DNA of 32,000 bases, from the NCBI RefSeq assembly GCF_000803625.1, contig NZ_CP007496.1, forward strand, positions 210,001 through 242,000. Direction: 5' to 3'. Positions 1 to 8,887 of the stretch are shown here, in pieces (the stretch's first letter is position 1; the number at the start of each line of letters is the position of its first letter). The DNA is from Candidatus Nanosynbacter lyticus (lineage in GTDB: Bacteria > Patescibacteriota > Saccharimonadia > Saccharimonadales > Saccharimonadaceae). Under the pieces are notes generated by a model. That model was not told where the DNA came from and did no database searches. It saw nothing but the letters and a program-made list of their open reading frames with translations. Both the position numbers and the translations under genes were made by a program.

Positions 1-47
1 TAGATACTAGATATGAAAAAGCAAATTGGGTTTAAGGAGATAAAAGA

Positions 48-665
48 TTGACAAAAAATAGACCTGAGTTTGATAAAATTACATCGTTTGACGAGTTTAA
101 TAAATATTATTGGTATCGTGAAGAAATTTCACAGATATGCAGGTCACTAGGATTAGAATATAGCGGTACAAAACAAGAACTCAATCACATTATTGAACAG
201 TACTTTAAGGGTAATGTAATTAAGAAATCATCAATAAAAAATGAGAAGAAACAAGTTGAAAATATTACTCTAGATACGCCATTACTTGAATGTGGTTTTT
301 CTTTTAACGCAAAATTCAGAGAATATTTCTCCATTGTAACAGATATTTCACCTTTTAAATTTACTGCTGATATGGCAACAGCTTGGCGAAAAGTAAAAAG
401 AGAAAAGGATGGCAAATTTACAATCAAAGATTTGCTAAAGGTGTATTATGGCGAATCAGATTATGCCAAGTATGATAATTCGGTTTGTCAATGGAATCAA
501 TTCTTAAAGGATTTCTGTGCAGATGAAAATAGCCGCAACTATTCGAATAAATTAAAAGTAGCTTCTATCCTTTGGAAAGAAGTCAGAAATTCAAGAAATG
601 AAAAGATTTATTCAAAGAGTCTTTTGACTGAATATGCCGGTAAAATAAAAGAGTATCACAATTAG
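48..665 (+). CDS. SAP-domain protein (DUF6434-like N-terminus)
   Basis: TTG start 8 nt after AAGGAG (34-39). The N-terminus RPEFDKITSFDEFNKYYWYREEISQICRSLGLEYSGTKQELNHIIEQYF fits the SAP helix-extension-helix pattern of bacterial 'SAP domain-containing protein' entries, judged from memory. GC is about 33% by eye, lower than the neighbours. Confidence 0.55.
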   Translation: MTKNRPEFDKITSFDEFNKYYWYREEISQICRSLGLEYSGTKQELNHIIEQYFKGNVIKKSSIKNEKKQVENITLDTPLLECGFSFNAKFREYFSIVTDISPFKFTADMATAWRKVKREKDGKFTIKDLLKVYYGESDYAKYDNSVCQWNQFLKDFCADENSRNYSNKLKVASILWKEVRNSRNEKIYSKSLLTEYAGKIKEYHN

Positions 666-775
666 ATAATCCCCAACGTGTTAACACCCAATGAGTAGTT
701 AATTATGGATATTGGAAAGACAGAATATACTGTAGGTGAAATGGTATCAGCTATCTGGCGTTCGGGTGTAGTATA

Positions 776-1267
776 ATGACTCTCATGACAAAAACCACCA
801 AAGGACATATCATCACGCAGAATTTAGATGGCACCGATCATCTGGATTGTCTGTATCGCATCTCGCTCAAAGCCTTGATTTATAACGACGCTGGGCAGAT
901 TTTGGTTGTTAAGGAAATTGATCGGACGTATTGGGATTTGCCGGGTGGTGGCATGGATTTTGGCGAGACGATTGAATCGTCGCTGAAACGCGAACTGTAC
1001 GAAGAGGTTGGCTACGAGGGCGGTTTGCGCTATCAACTGTTTGACGCGTCGGACGAGATGTATATTGAGCGGATTGATGCTAATCAAATCTGTTTTTATT
1101 GCCGTGTCTGGCCGGATAATTTTGACTTTGCGCCAGGTGAAGAGGGTGACGAAGTAATGTTTATCGACCCTGAGGAGTTGTTGATCCAGGAAAGTGAGGT
1201 TGACGCGCCAGCTCGAGCCTATGGGGTGCATATGAAATGGCAGGAGCTGTGCAGCTTAAAGAGTTAG
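776..1267 (+). CDS. NUDIX hydrolase
   Basis: Nudix box GGGMDFGETIESSLKRELYEEVG (GX5EX7REUXEEXGU). The ATG at 776 overlaps a TATAAT box (772-777), so the in-frame ATG at 785 is the more likely leaderless start. Confidence 0.85.
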   Translation: MTLMTKTTKGHIITQNLDGTDHLDCLYRISLKALIYNDAGQILVVKEIDRTYWDLPGGGMDFGETIESSLKRELYEEVGYEGGLRYQLFDASDEMYIERIDANQICFYCRVWPDNFDFAPGEEGDEVMFIDPEELLIQESEVDAPARAYGVHMKWQELCSLKS

Positions 1268-1281
1268 CCAGTAGAGTAGCA

Positions 1282-1310
1282 TTGACTTTTATACTATAAT
1301 AGTATAGAAT
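1282..1310 (+). promoter_or_regulatory. Sigma70-type promoter with an embedded palindrome, leaderless to ATG 1318
   Basis: TTGACT (1282-1287), 17-nt spacer, TAGAAT (1305-1310), then ATG 7 nt downstream. The spacer contains the perfect palindrome ATACTAT-A-ATAGTAT (1291-1305). Confidence 0.55.
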
Positions 1311-1317
1311 ATAAATC

Positions 1318-1905
1318 ATGGAAAGTCTTAAAGGCGGTGTATCTTTTAAGGTTAATTTTATTAATTCTGGCGATAATCCGGGAAATTCTTCTGGCGAAAG
1401 TCAGCGCCTGATAGGAATTTATAATGGCGATTGGTCTTTGGGGAGGAGCGGTGCTGTAAATGCGTCTATGGCGTTTGCCAGGAGGGAGGGTGATATACGT
1501 AGTCACGGCAATTTGATAGAGAGACTTTACGGATTGGGTGAGCGTTCGGCTCGAGTGTCATTGTCGAAGTGCTTAGACGCTGTCGATCTAGTGGAGGCTG
1601 ATGGACGATTGATTGCTGACCCTGTGTCGTACGGAGGACTTAGTGCTTTATATAGAAAGATAGGAGTAAGGCTTATTGCTCCGGATTCAATGGGTGAACA
1701 GGAAAGGGTAAGTGCTATTCGAATTGCTTTATCTGTTGGCGTCGTGGCTTTACGTTGCGCAGGTCTACCTCTGGAAGAATTAAAAGAATCTCCAGCCAAG
1801 CATTTTTGTCCAGATGAAGTAGACAAGTTGGTTTCTTGTTTTCATGGCAATGTAGATTTTGGCAGAGAATGGGGAGATATTAAGAGGGTAGTTACAGGAC
1901 CGTAG
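1318..1905 (+). CDS. hypothetical protein (no domain recognised)
   Basis: 195-aa ORF directly behind the promoter at 1282-1310. No motif I can assign. Confidence 0.6.
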   Translation: MESLKGGVSFKVNFINSGDNPGNSSGESQRLIGIYNGDWSLGRSGAVNASMAFARREGDIRSHGNLIERLYGLGERSARVSLSKCLDAVDLVEADGRLIADPVSYGGLSALYRKIGVRLIAPDSMGEQERVSAIRIALSVGVVALRCAGLPLEELKESPAKHFCPDEVDKLVSCFHGNVDFGREWGDIKRVVTGP

Positions 1906-1926
1906 CATATCTCTAAGGTTTAATAT

Positions 1927-2415
1927 ATGAAAAAATCTAAGAATTACGGTGCCAGAGTTGAAATTGATAGTCTTATTAATGGTGAGGTTGATAATAATTC
2001 ACTTTTTACTCTATTGACGGATTTAAAAATCAGAGAAGATGTTTTTGATATGCGTATATTATTGGCTAGTCGTAGTAGTAAATGTACAGGACACGAGGCG
2101 TTGGCTGATAAGCATCTTGCTAGTCGATCCACGTCTATAGGATCGCCGCATGAATTTCCTTACGATAGGACTGAGTTGCGCAGTTGGCGGGATGAGCTTG
2201 GTATATCTTCTGCTGGGGGATTAAAGGGGAGATTTAGGGGTGGCGATACTTACTTCTCTTCAAATAAAGCTGAGTATTTTATGAGGCGAGTAGCCGCTGT
2301 TGCTGTCGGACTTTGCTTGGAAATTCCCTTGCCAAAACTTGATTCTGCTATGGAATTTTCAGCCGAAGAATTGGAAGAAGCCTGGCCAAGATTCAAAGGC
2401 TCAATTTACATTTAA
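1927..2415 (+). CDS. hypothetical protein (no domain recognised; weak C-terminal similarity to the preceding ORF)
   Basis: 162-aa ORF starting 21 nt after the previous stop, with AAGG about 9 nt upstream of the ATG. The tail IPLPKLDSAMEFSAEELEEAWPRFKGSI aligns loosely with LPLEELKESPAKHFCPDEVDKLVSCFHGNV of ORF 1318-1905. Confidence 0.55.
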   Translation: MKKSKNYGARVEIDSLINGEVDNNSLFTLLTDLKIREDVFDMRILLASRSSKCTGHEALADKHLASRSTSIGSPHEFPYDRTELRSWRDELGISSAGGLKGRFRGGDTYFSSNKAEYFMRRVAAVAVGLCLEIPLPKLDSAMEFSAEELEEAWPRFKGSIYI

Positions 2416-2424
2416 TATTGTCGT

Positions 2425-2433
2425 TGTTATAAT
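2425..2433 (+). promoter_or_regulatory. Extended -10 (TGtTATAAT), leaderless to ATG 2440
   Basis: TGTTATAAT ends 6 nt before the ATG. No SD. Confidence 0.55.
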
Positions 2434-2439
2434 AACCAT

Positions 2440-3108
2440 ATGCATATTATTCTTGGTGGGACGAGCGGGCTTGGTCTGGAGATGGCCAAGCAATTGCGTA
2501 AACGTGGCGAGCGAGTATTGGTGTTAGGCAAAACTCACGACTCGCAAAAGCATGGTGAAGGTTTTCCTCTGGATGTTTATTATGCAGATCAAGTGGAGGC
2601 GTCTTTTTCGCGAATTGAGCAGATTTTAAATGGTGATGATATTGAGCAATTTGTCTGGGCGGCAGGTTATGGCTGGCGCGGAAATTTTGAAGATCAGACA
2701 GACGCTCGCTCCATGGCAGAGGTGAATTTTTCTGGCGCTTTACCGCTGGTGCAATGGGCTTGGCGTAAGATGTTGGATCAGAACCGCAAATCAGTCTTAA
2801 CGGTCATTGGGTCGACTAGCAGTATTAAGGCTCGATCTGATGAGGCTGTATATGTGGCCACCAAACACGCTCAGGCGGGGCTGGCGCGCAGTTTGGGAAT
2901 GCAGGCGGATGAACAGAAACTGCCAGTAAAAGTTGCGCTATTTCTGCCAGGTGCTATGAAAACACCGTTTTGGAATGGTCGGGATTTGCCGACTGATTAT
3001 GTATTTTTCAATGACCCAGCTAAAATTGCTACACATATAATTAATGCTGTCAATTGTCAACAGCAGCCATTTTTAGAATGGGCATTACCAAAAGGCACAT
3101 TGGTATAG
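2440..3108 (+). CDS. short-chain dehydrogenase/reductase (SDR) family oxidoreductase
   Basis: N-terminal glycine-rich NAD(P) loop ILGGTSGLGLEMA and catalytic YxxxK (YVATKHA). Confidence 0.8.
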   Translation: MHIILGGTSGLGLEMAKQLRKRGERVLVLGKTHDSQKHGEGFPLDVYYADQVEASFSRIEQILNGDDIEQFVWAAGYGWRGNFEDQTDARSMAEVNFSGALPLVQWAWRKMLDQNRKSVLTVIGSTSSIKARSDEAVYVATKHAQAGLARSLGMQADEQKLPVKVALFLPGAMKTPFWNGRDLPTDYVFFNDPAKIATHIINAVNCQQQPFLEWALPKGTLV

Positions 3109-3119
3109 TTGTATCAAAG

Positions 3120-3128
3120 TGTTATAAT
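3120..3128 (+). promoter_or_regulatory. Extended -10 (TGtTATAAT), leaderless to ATG 3136
   Basis: The box lies inside the ORF-track start (TTG 3109), which argues for the ATG at 3136 as the true start. Confidence 0.55.
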
Positions 3129-3135
3129 TCAAGTC

Positions 3136-4155
3136 ATGATGACTAGTAGTTCGAATAGCGATTATTTTGGGGTAAAAGTTGTAGTTATTGGCGGCGGGAC
3201 CGGGAGTTTTACACTGCTGTCGGGTTTGAAAAAGTACACGCATAGCATTACGGCGCTAGTTAACATGGTTGACGATGGTGGATCAACTGGGTTGTTGCGT
3301 GATGAATTGGGTGTACTGCCAGCAGGAGATGTCAGGCAGTGCTTGGTGGCGCTGAGTACTTCGCCAAAGGTGCGCGACCTGTTTAATTATCGTTTCGATG
3401 AGGGTAGTATGAGGGGGCATGCATTTGGTAATTTGTTCATGGCAGCTCTGGAGAAAATGACAGGGAGTTTTGCCGAGGCAGTGGAGCTGGCAAGTGAAGT
3501 TCTGGGTGTTAACGGGCGAGTATATCCAATCACTCTGGATGATACGACGATGTCAATTAAGCTAAAAGACGGCACAATTGTTAACGGACAGCACGCAGCT
3601 GAATCATTACAAATCCCGCGCGGTGAGCGTCCGTGGCTGGAATTGAAACCACCAGCCGGCATTAACCCAAGGGCGCGTCAGGCGATTTTAGATGCAGATT
3701 TGGTGGTTATTGCACCGGGCCTTCTGTATGGTAGTTTGGCGCCAGCGCTGTTGGTACGCGGAGTAACTAGGGCGCTGGCGGAGACGAAGGCGAAGAAGGT
3801 ATATGTTTGTAATTTAGTGACTAAGCCAACACAGACTGATGGTTTTACGGTGGCGGATTTTGCAGATGAGATTGAGCGATTTTCAGGAGTGAATATGGAC
3901 TATGTGTTATATAACGATCATCGTCCGCCAGAAGAATTGATCAAAAAATATGCTCATGATGGTGAATATCTAGTGGAGTGGGATAAGGAACTATTAAAAA
4001 AGAAGCATTATTACGCGTCAGGCAAGCGGCTAATTGCTGACACTGTTTGGGTTAATAAAAACTCTGGCAGCGACCCATTGGCGGCTCAACGTAGCCTAAT
4101 CCGACACGACGCCGACAGGGTAGCGCGCGAGCTGATGCGGATTTATTTTGCCTAA
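3136..4155 (+). CDS. yvcK: YvcK/CofD-family protein (UPF0052, gluconeogenesis-factor-like)
   Basis: VVVIGGGTGSFTLLSGLK ... VNMVDDGGSTGLLRDELGVLPAGDVRQCLVAL is the family signature. Start moved from TTG 3109 to ATG 3136 because of the -10 box at 3120-3128. Confidence 0.8.
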   Translation: MMTSSSNSDYFGVKVVVIGGGTGSFTLLSGLKKYTHSITALVNMVDDGGSTGLLRDELGVLPAGDVRQCLVALSTSPKVRDLFNYRFDEGSMRGHAFGNLFMAALEKMTGSFAEAVELASEVLGVNGRVYPITLDDTTMSIKLKDGTIVNGQHAAESLQIPRGERPWLELKPPAGINPRARQAILDADLVVIAPGLLYGSLAPALLVRGVTRALAETKAKKVYVCNLVTKPTQTDGFTVADFADEIERFSGVNMDYVLYNDHRPPEELIKKYAHDGEYLVEWDKELLKKKHYYASGKRLIADTVWVNKNSGSDPLAAQRSLIRHDADRVARELMRIYFA

Positions 4156-4163
4156 GCTTGCTA

Positions 4164-4192
4164 TTGATTTTTAAAGCTTTGTGTGTTATAAT
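4164..4192 (+). promoter_or_regulatory. Sigma70-type promoter, near-leaderless to ATG 4202
   Basis: TTGATT (4164-4169), 17-nt spacer, TGtTATAAT (4184-4192). The ATG is 9 nt downstream. The ORF-track GTG at 4181 lies inside the promoter. Confidence 0.55.
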
Positions 4193-4201
4193 AAACAAGT
4201 T

Positions 4202-5887
4202 ATGCGCGAACAAAATTCAAGTGTGTCGACTTCAACACAGGAAAGGCAGACGGATGCTGCGCATCTGGATCTGCTGAAACATGATATTCCTGAGAGTTGG
4301 TATCCGAGCCCTGAAGCACAGAAGCTTGTTGGCGTGCTCGAAGCGGATGTTGACAGAGAGAAGGGAGATGCGATCTATCACGCGTATCGCTCTTTGAAGA
4401 TACTTTCAACATTTTGCAAGACACTTGACCCTGAAAGGCGTCGCGCGATGGCTGATGCTATGTTGTTGCACGATATTCCTGGGCGTACGTTACACCGCGA
4501 GACTGATGAGAGGGCAAAACTGTCGGACCGTGTGCAAGAAGGCTGGAAAGAATATATCGCTCAGCTTGAGGACTCAGACAAATCAGTCATTGACTATATG
4601 CATGACCAGGTGGTTATCGGTACGGAAGCTCGTGATTATCGAGAGTCTATCAAACATCAGTCAAATGGGATAAGTGCACACGACAAAGAACAAATCATGA
4701 ATTCATCATATGAAGGCATGGTGAACGTGGCTGGTTGGCGTATGGGTATGCCGGAGATTCGCGGTACTGCTCTGGAAAAATTGGCAGGAGAGGTGAACAT
4801 TGAATCTCTGGTCATCAAAGCAGCAGAAATGATGGACAATCTCAAGAATCCACCCAAGCAGGATTCACAGCAGCTGCGCAATATTCTTGAAGCAGAATCA
4901 TTTTATTGTCCATTTTTGGAAGCGATTGGTTATGACGCGATGGCTGCAGAAATGGCCAGCACCTGTAACATCTATCGATTGCGTGGGCAAGGGCGCGAAG
5001 ACATCATCGACAAAGCCGTTGAAGCGTATCGTACGAATGCCGAAAAAGACCCAGCAGAATTGGCGATGCAGATGTTTGGTTTGTCTGAAAAGCCAGAAGT
5101 GAGTTGGATCGTTAATAAAACATCAGATGAAGTGTATAGCGGTGTTAATTGCCGTTTTGCTGAGTTGATGATACCTATAGCTGGTGCGTTGCGTCGAGTT
5201 TTATTCCGACAAAAATCCATCGGCTCAACCGCAAAGAAAATGTCGGTGAAGGGTGAGGGGTATGATATCATGGACGCGTTTGCCTTTCTTGTGATTTGCG
5301 ACGCGGGTGACGATACGTTTGATAGAAATCATCACTATGAGATGCGGGATGAGGAGATTGCAGAAATTCACGCAACGCAGACAGAAGACCTTGCCAAGGT
5401 ATTTTCATCATTCGTGGACACCATCACTGTCAATAACAATCTGCTTTTACGCTCAGGTGATGGTGTTAGCCAGCCGATTTATGTACAAGGCGACTCGACA
5501 TACGTCAACACGGTTCATGGTGCTTTGTCCTCGGCAAATAAAGCAGTCGTAAATCAGGAACTGAGGGAGGAAGAAACACCCTACCGTGTCTCGAGGGCCT
5601 CGGCGCTCGTTGGTCCTGAGGGGTTGCCAGTAGAAGTGCAGATCATGACTGACCTTGACCGAAAATTAGCAAGAACAGATGTTACAAGCCACGCAGTGTA
5701 TAAGAACAACGGCAATGATTCGTTGCGTTGGCTGCAGAAGCTACACAAGCGCGTGGAGCATATGAAATATGGTAAGGGTAACCCAATCTCAAGGGCAATG
5801 GGTAAAACTGCATTGACGGCTATCACCCGTGGTGTATATCCAGTCATGTTTGCGCCAAATGCACTCTACCGTAAGCGAGTACAGTAA
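4202..5887 (+). CDS. divergent RelA/SpoT-homologue (RSH)-like protein
   Basis: HD-like segments LLHDIPGRT and LVIKAAEMMDNLKN (compare LLHDxxED and IKLADRLHNMR). Synthetase-like segments RQKSIGSTAKKMSVKGEGYDIMDAFAFLVI and YRVSRASALVGPEGLPVEVQIMTDLDRKLARTDVTSHAVYK (compare YQSLHT..GP.G.P.EIQIRT..MH..AE.G.AAHW.YK). No TGS/ACT tail. Confidence 0.6.
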   Translation: MREQNSSVSTSTQERQTDAAHLDLLKHDIPESWYPSPEAQKLVGVLEADVDREKGDAIYHAYRSLKILSTFCKTLDPERRRAMADAMLLHDIPGRTLHRETDERAKLSDRVQEGWKEYIAQLEDSDKSVIDYMHDQVVIGTEARDYRESIKHQSNGISAHDKEQIMNSSYEGMVNVAGWRMGMPEIRGTALEKLAGEVNIESLVIKAAEMMDNLKNPPKQDSQQLRNILEAESFYCPFLEAIGYDAMAAEMASTCNIYRLRGQGREDIIDKAVEAYRTNAEKDPAELAMQMFGLSEKPEVSWIVNKTSDEVYSGVNCRFAELMIPIAGALRRVLFRQKSIGSTAKKMSVKGEGYDIMDAFAFLVICDAGDDTFDRNHHYEMRDEEIAEIHATQTEDLAKVFSSFVDTITVNNNLLLRSGDGVSQPIYVQGDSTYVNTVHGALSSANKAVVNQELREEETPYRVSRASALVGPEGLPVEVQIMTDLDRKLARTDVTSHAVYKNNGNDSLRWLQKLHKRVEHMKYGKGNPISRAMGKTALTAITRGVYPVMFAPNALYRKRVQ

Positions 5888-5888
5888 G

Positions 5889-5897
5889 TGTTATAAT
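5889..5897 (+). promoter_or_regulatory. Extended -10 (TGtTATAAT), leaderless to ATG 5905
   Basis: The box ends 7 nt before the ATG. No SD. Confidence 0.55.
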
Positions 5898-5904
5898 AGG
5901 GATA

Positions 5905-6330
5905 ATGACGACGTATTATACTGACGGTTCTGCTTCGCCAAATCCCGGTCCGGGCGGCTTCGCGGTGATCAAGGATCTTCAGCCGTGGATTTTGGGATCA
6001 GAAGAAGGTGATACGACCAATATACGCATGGAAGGCAAAGCTTTAATTGCAGCATTAAAAGACGCTAATGGTGCACCGTGCGTGATTTATACTGACAGCG
6101 AGTTTTGGATTAATGTTGTTACCAAGTGGGCGCCGGGCTGGCAGCAGCGTGGCTGGACAAAGAAGGGCGGCGAGATTAAAAATCTGGACATCGTCCAAGA
6201 ATTATATGAGCTGTATTCAAATTCGCAGGCGGAGCTGTGCTGGGTGCGTGGCCATGAAGGCGATGAAGGGAATGAGCTGGCGGATGAGTGGGCTAATCGA
6301 GCGCGTGAAGGCGAAAGATTGACAAAATAA
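5905..6330 (+). CDS. rnhA: ribonuclease HI
   Basis: YTDGSASPNPGPGGFAV, IYTDSEF, WVRGHEGDEGNELADEWA: the canonical RNase H DEDD-type motifs and layout. Confidence 0.9.
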   Translation: MTTYYTDGSASPNPGPGGFAVIKDLQPWILGSEEGDTTNIRMEGKALIAALKDANGAPCVIYTDSEFWINVVTKWAPGWQQRGWTKKGGEIKNLDIVQELYELYSNSQAELCWVRGHEGDEGNELADEWANRAREGERLTK

Positions 6331-6354
6331 CAGCTAGCGACATCTGATAAAAAT

Positions 6355-6363
6355 TGCTATACT
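6355..6363 (+). promoter_or_regulatory. Extended -10 (TGcTATACT), leaderless to ATG 6370
   Basis: The box ends 6 nt before the ATG. No SD. Confidence 0.5.
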
Positions 6364-6369
6364 AGAAAA

Positions 6370-7347
6370 ATGGAAGAAGTGAGGGAAACGACTGATATTT
6401 TTTTGTGGGCGAATCAGACTGATGCGAAGAAGAACGATTTACAGATAGAGCTGTTCTTATTTAATAAAAATTACACGCCGTATGCTATGTCTCTAAAGGG
6501 CGATGTTGAGCAGCAGCTTCGACCGCTATTTTTGTTTGATTATATCAACCAGGTTAATTTGGGCGCCGGTACTGGTCTTAGTGTGCGGGATTATGAACTG
6601 AGCGAAGCGGAAGACAATGTGCTGCTGCGGACGGATCTCGGCAAGGTTGGCCGAGCGGAAACCTTGATTCATTTGATTGAGCATGAGCGCGGTGACATTG
6701 TGGAGTTTTCGGAAACTGAGCATGAGTTTAAGCGAATGAAAGGCGTGATAGCGCGGTTTACTGATCCGAATGATCCAGAAAAAATCTTTTACACCGCTAA
6801 ATTAATTCAGCAGGGACAGACGCTCAAAAGCGCGCTGGCGTGGGAGTTTTCTGATGGCAAGTTTGGCGCGTTTAAGGCGGAAGTTGGCTTTAAGGTGCCA
6901 GATGATAACCAGGTGCTGATCATCGGTCAGGATATATTAGCCTTTAATCCTTCGAAGTTTGAGCGGATGTTTGGCTATGAGTATAAGAAGCAGGTGATTG
7001 CCGATAAGAAGGTAGCGGAAATTGAAAAGCAATATAAGCTAAGTTTCCCCGAGGGCTTGGATCTTAACGCACTGGTCAAGGAGCGCAAAAAGACCATCAA
7101 TAAACTACAGAAATTGGAGATCGGCGAGGTCAAGCAAGAGCAGGTGTTAGACTATGCCGACGAGATGCAGCTGGAGCTAATGAGCGATGATAACGGCGCG
7201 ATTATCATCATGGATGGCAATGATCTGGATATGTTTGTGAACCTGATCAACGAGGACTACATTGAGAGCAAAATTACCGGCAAGCGCTACGAAATTAAAT
7301 CGAAAAAACTGTTGGGCGAGCCAGAAGGCGAACCGCCACGAGGTTAA
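6370..7347 (+). CDS. hypothetical protein, possibly DUF4868 (KwaB-like)
   Basis: 325-aa ORF. The C-terminal MFVNLINEDYIESKITGKRYEIKSKKL and the central ILAFNPSKFERMFGYEY remind me of DUF4868. This is low-confidence recall and has not been searched. Confidence 0.6.
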   Translation: MEEVRETTDIFLWANQTDAKKNDLQIELFLFNKNYTPYAMSLKGDVEQQLRPLFLFDYINQVNLGAGTGLSVRDYELSEAEDNVLLRTDLGKVGRAETLIHLIEHERGDIVEFSETEHEFKRMKGVIARFTDPNDPEKIFYTAKLIQQGQTLKSALAWEFSDGKFGAFKAEVGFKVPDDNQVLIIGQDILAFNPSKFERMFGYEYKKQVIADKKVAEIEKQYKLSFPEGLDLNALVKERKKTINKLQKLEIGEVKQEQVLDYADEMQLELMSDDNGAIIIMDGNDLDMFVNLINEDYIESKITGKRYEIKSKKLLGEPEGEPPRG

Positions 7348-7349
7348 GT

Positions 7350-8864
7350 ATGGATCAAGAATTGGCGCTGGCGATTTTGATGAGCGGTCGGTCGGCGCTG
7401 CTGACAGGTGCGGCCGGGACGGGCAAGACGCATCTGTTGAATACTTTTATTACACAGGCGCGTGACCGGGGTAAAAAGGTATCGGTAACAGCGACGACGG
7501 GCTTGGCGGCGACGTATTTAGGAGGCAATACCATTCATAGTTGGAGTGGTATTGGCGTCAGTGATTATTTGGCGAACAACTTTTTTGATCGGCTGTCAAA
7601 AACGCGGCGTGAGGTGATTATGAAGACTGATGTGCTGGTGATTGACGAGATTTCTATGCTGCATGATTTTCGGTTGGACATGGTCAATCAGGTATTGCGA
7701 GTCGTCAGGAAAAACGACCAGCCGTTTGGTGGTGTGCAGCTGGTGATGAGCGGTGATTTTTTCCAATTACCACCGATCAATCGTCCGGGCGAGCAGGGCG
7801 GCGGTTTCGTGGTGTATTCGGAGGTGTGGCAGGAGCTGCAGCCGGCGGTGTTGTATCTTGAGCGACAATATCGGCAGAGTGACGAGCAGCTGCTGGAGAT
7901 TTTGACAGCGCTGAGACATGACGATATTAGGCGACATCATGCTGAGACGTTGCTGGCGCGGACTGAAATTGAGCCGCCTCCAAACGAAGACATTACTGAG
8001 TTGCACACTGTGAACGTTGACGTAGATGATATCAATATCCAAAAATTGGCGAGTTTACCTGGAGAAGAGCGGTCGTATCAGCAGACGACGACGGGCTCAA
8101 AAATTTATGTTGATAATCTACAGAGGTCGGTTTTGGCGCCAGAAAATTTGGTGATTAAACAAGGTGCGTTGGTGATGGCGGTGAAAAATTCGCCGCAGAA
8201 ATTGTACGCCAACGGTAGTATCGGCACGGTAGTGGATTTTGAGCCGCTGACGGAATATCCAATTGTAGAGTTTCGTAACGGCCGGCAGGTGACTATGGTG
8301 CCGGATGTGTGGGAATTGCGTGACGGTGAGCGCAAGCGCGCTAGCATTTCACAGGTGCCGCTGCGGCTGGCGTGGGCTATAACCGTGCATAAAAGCCAGG
8401 GTATGACGCTGGACACGGCAAAAATTGACTTGAGAAAAGCGTTTGTTGAAGGTATGGGCTACGTGGCGCTGAGTCGGGTGCGTGATTTGGATAATTTGTA
8501 TTTGTATGGAATTAATCGTAAGGCGTTGGAAATTTCGCCAGATGCGCTGGCGATTGATGAGGTCCTGAGGCAGGCGAGTAACGAGGCGGTCGAGCATTAT
8601 CGTCCGATGTTGGATGAAATGAAGCGGAAACAGTCAGCGCCCAAAAAATCCGCCAAATCCGGCAGCTGGCAGCAAAAAATTGCCAAAATGCGTGAGACAT
8701 ATCCGAAGGCCTATATGCCATGGGAAAAAGCCGACGATAACATTCTCAAGCAAGACTTTATACAAGGAGCAACTATTGAGCAGCTTAGTAAAAAACTTGG
8801 ACGTCACGAAGGCTCGATTAGGATACGGTTACAGAAACATTTTGGGGAAGACACCGTAGCGTAG
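7350..8864 (+). CDS. PIF1/RecD-like SF1B DNA helicase with C-terminal HTH-like extension
   Basis: Walker A GAAGTGKTH, Walker B VLVIDEISML, SGDFFQLPPI, AWAITVHKSQGMTLD, YVALSRVR. C-terminal AYMPWEKADDNILKQDFIQGATIEQLSKKLGRHEGSIRIRLQKH. The ATG is 2 nt after the upstream TAA, with GAGG 8 nt upstream. Confidence 0.85.
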   Translation: MDQELALAILMSGRSALLTGAAGTGKTHLLNTFITQARDRGKKVSVTATTGLAATYLGGNTIHSWSGIGVSDYLANNFFDRLSKTRREVIMKTDVLVIDEISMLHDFRLDMVNQVLRVVRKNDQPFGGVQLVMSGDFFQLPPINRPGEQGGGFVVYSEVWQELQPAVLYLERQYRQSDEQLLEILTALRHDDIRRHHAETLLARTEIEPPPNEDITELHTVNVDVDDINIQKLASLPGEERSYQQTTTGSKIYVDNLQRSVLAPENLVIKQGALVMAVKNSPQKLYANGSIGTVVDFEPLTEYPIVEFRNGRQVTMVPDVWELRDGERKRASISQVPLRLAWAITVHKSQGMTLDTAKIDLRKAFVEGMGYVALSRVRDLDNLYLYGINRKALEISPDALAIDEVLRQASNEAVEHYRPMLDEMKRKQSAPKKSAKSGSWQQKIAKMRETYPKAYMPWEKADDNILKQDFIQGATIEQLSKKLGRHEGSIRIRLQKHFGEDTVA

Positions 8865-8887
8865 CTTCAACTTGTATCAACACTAGA

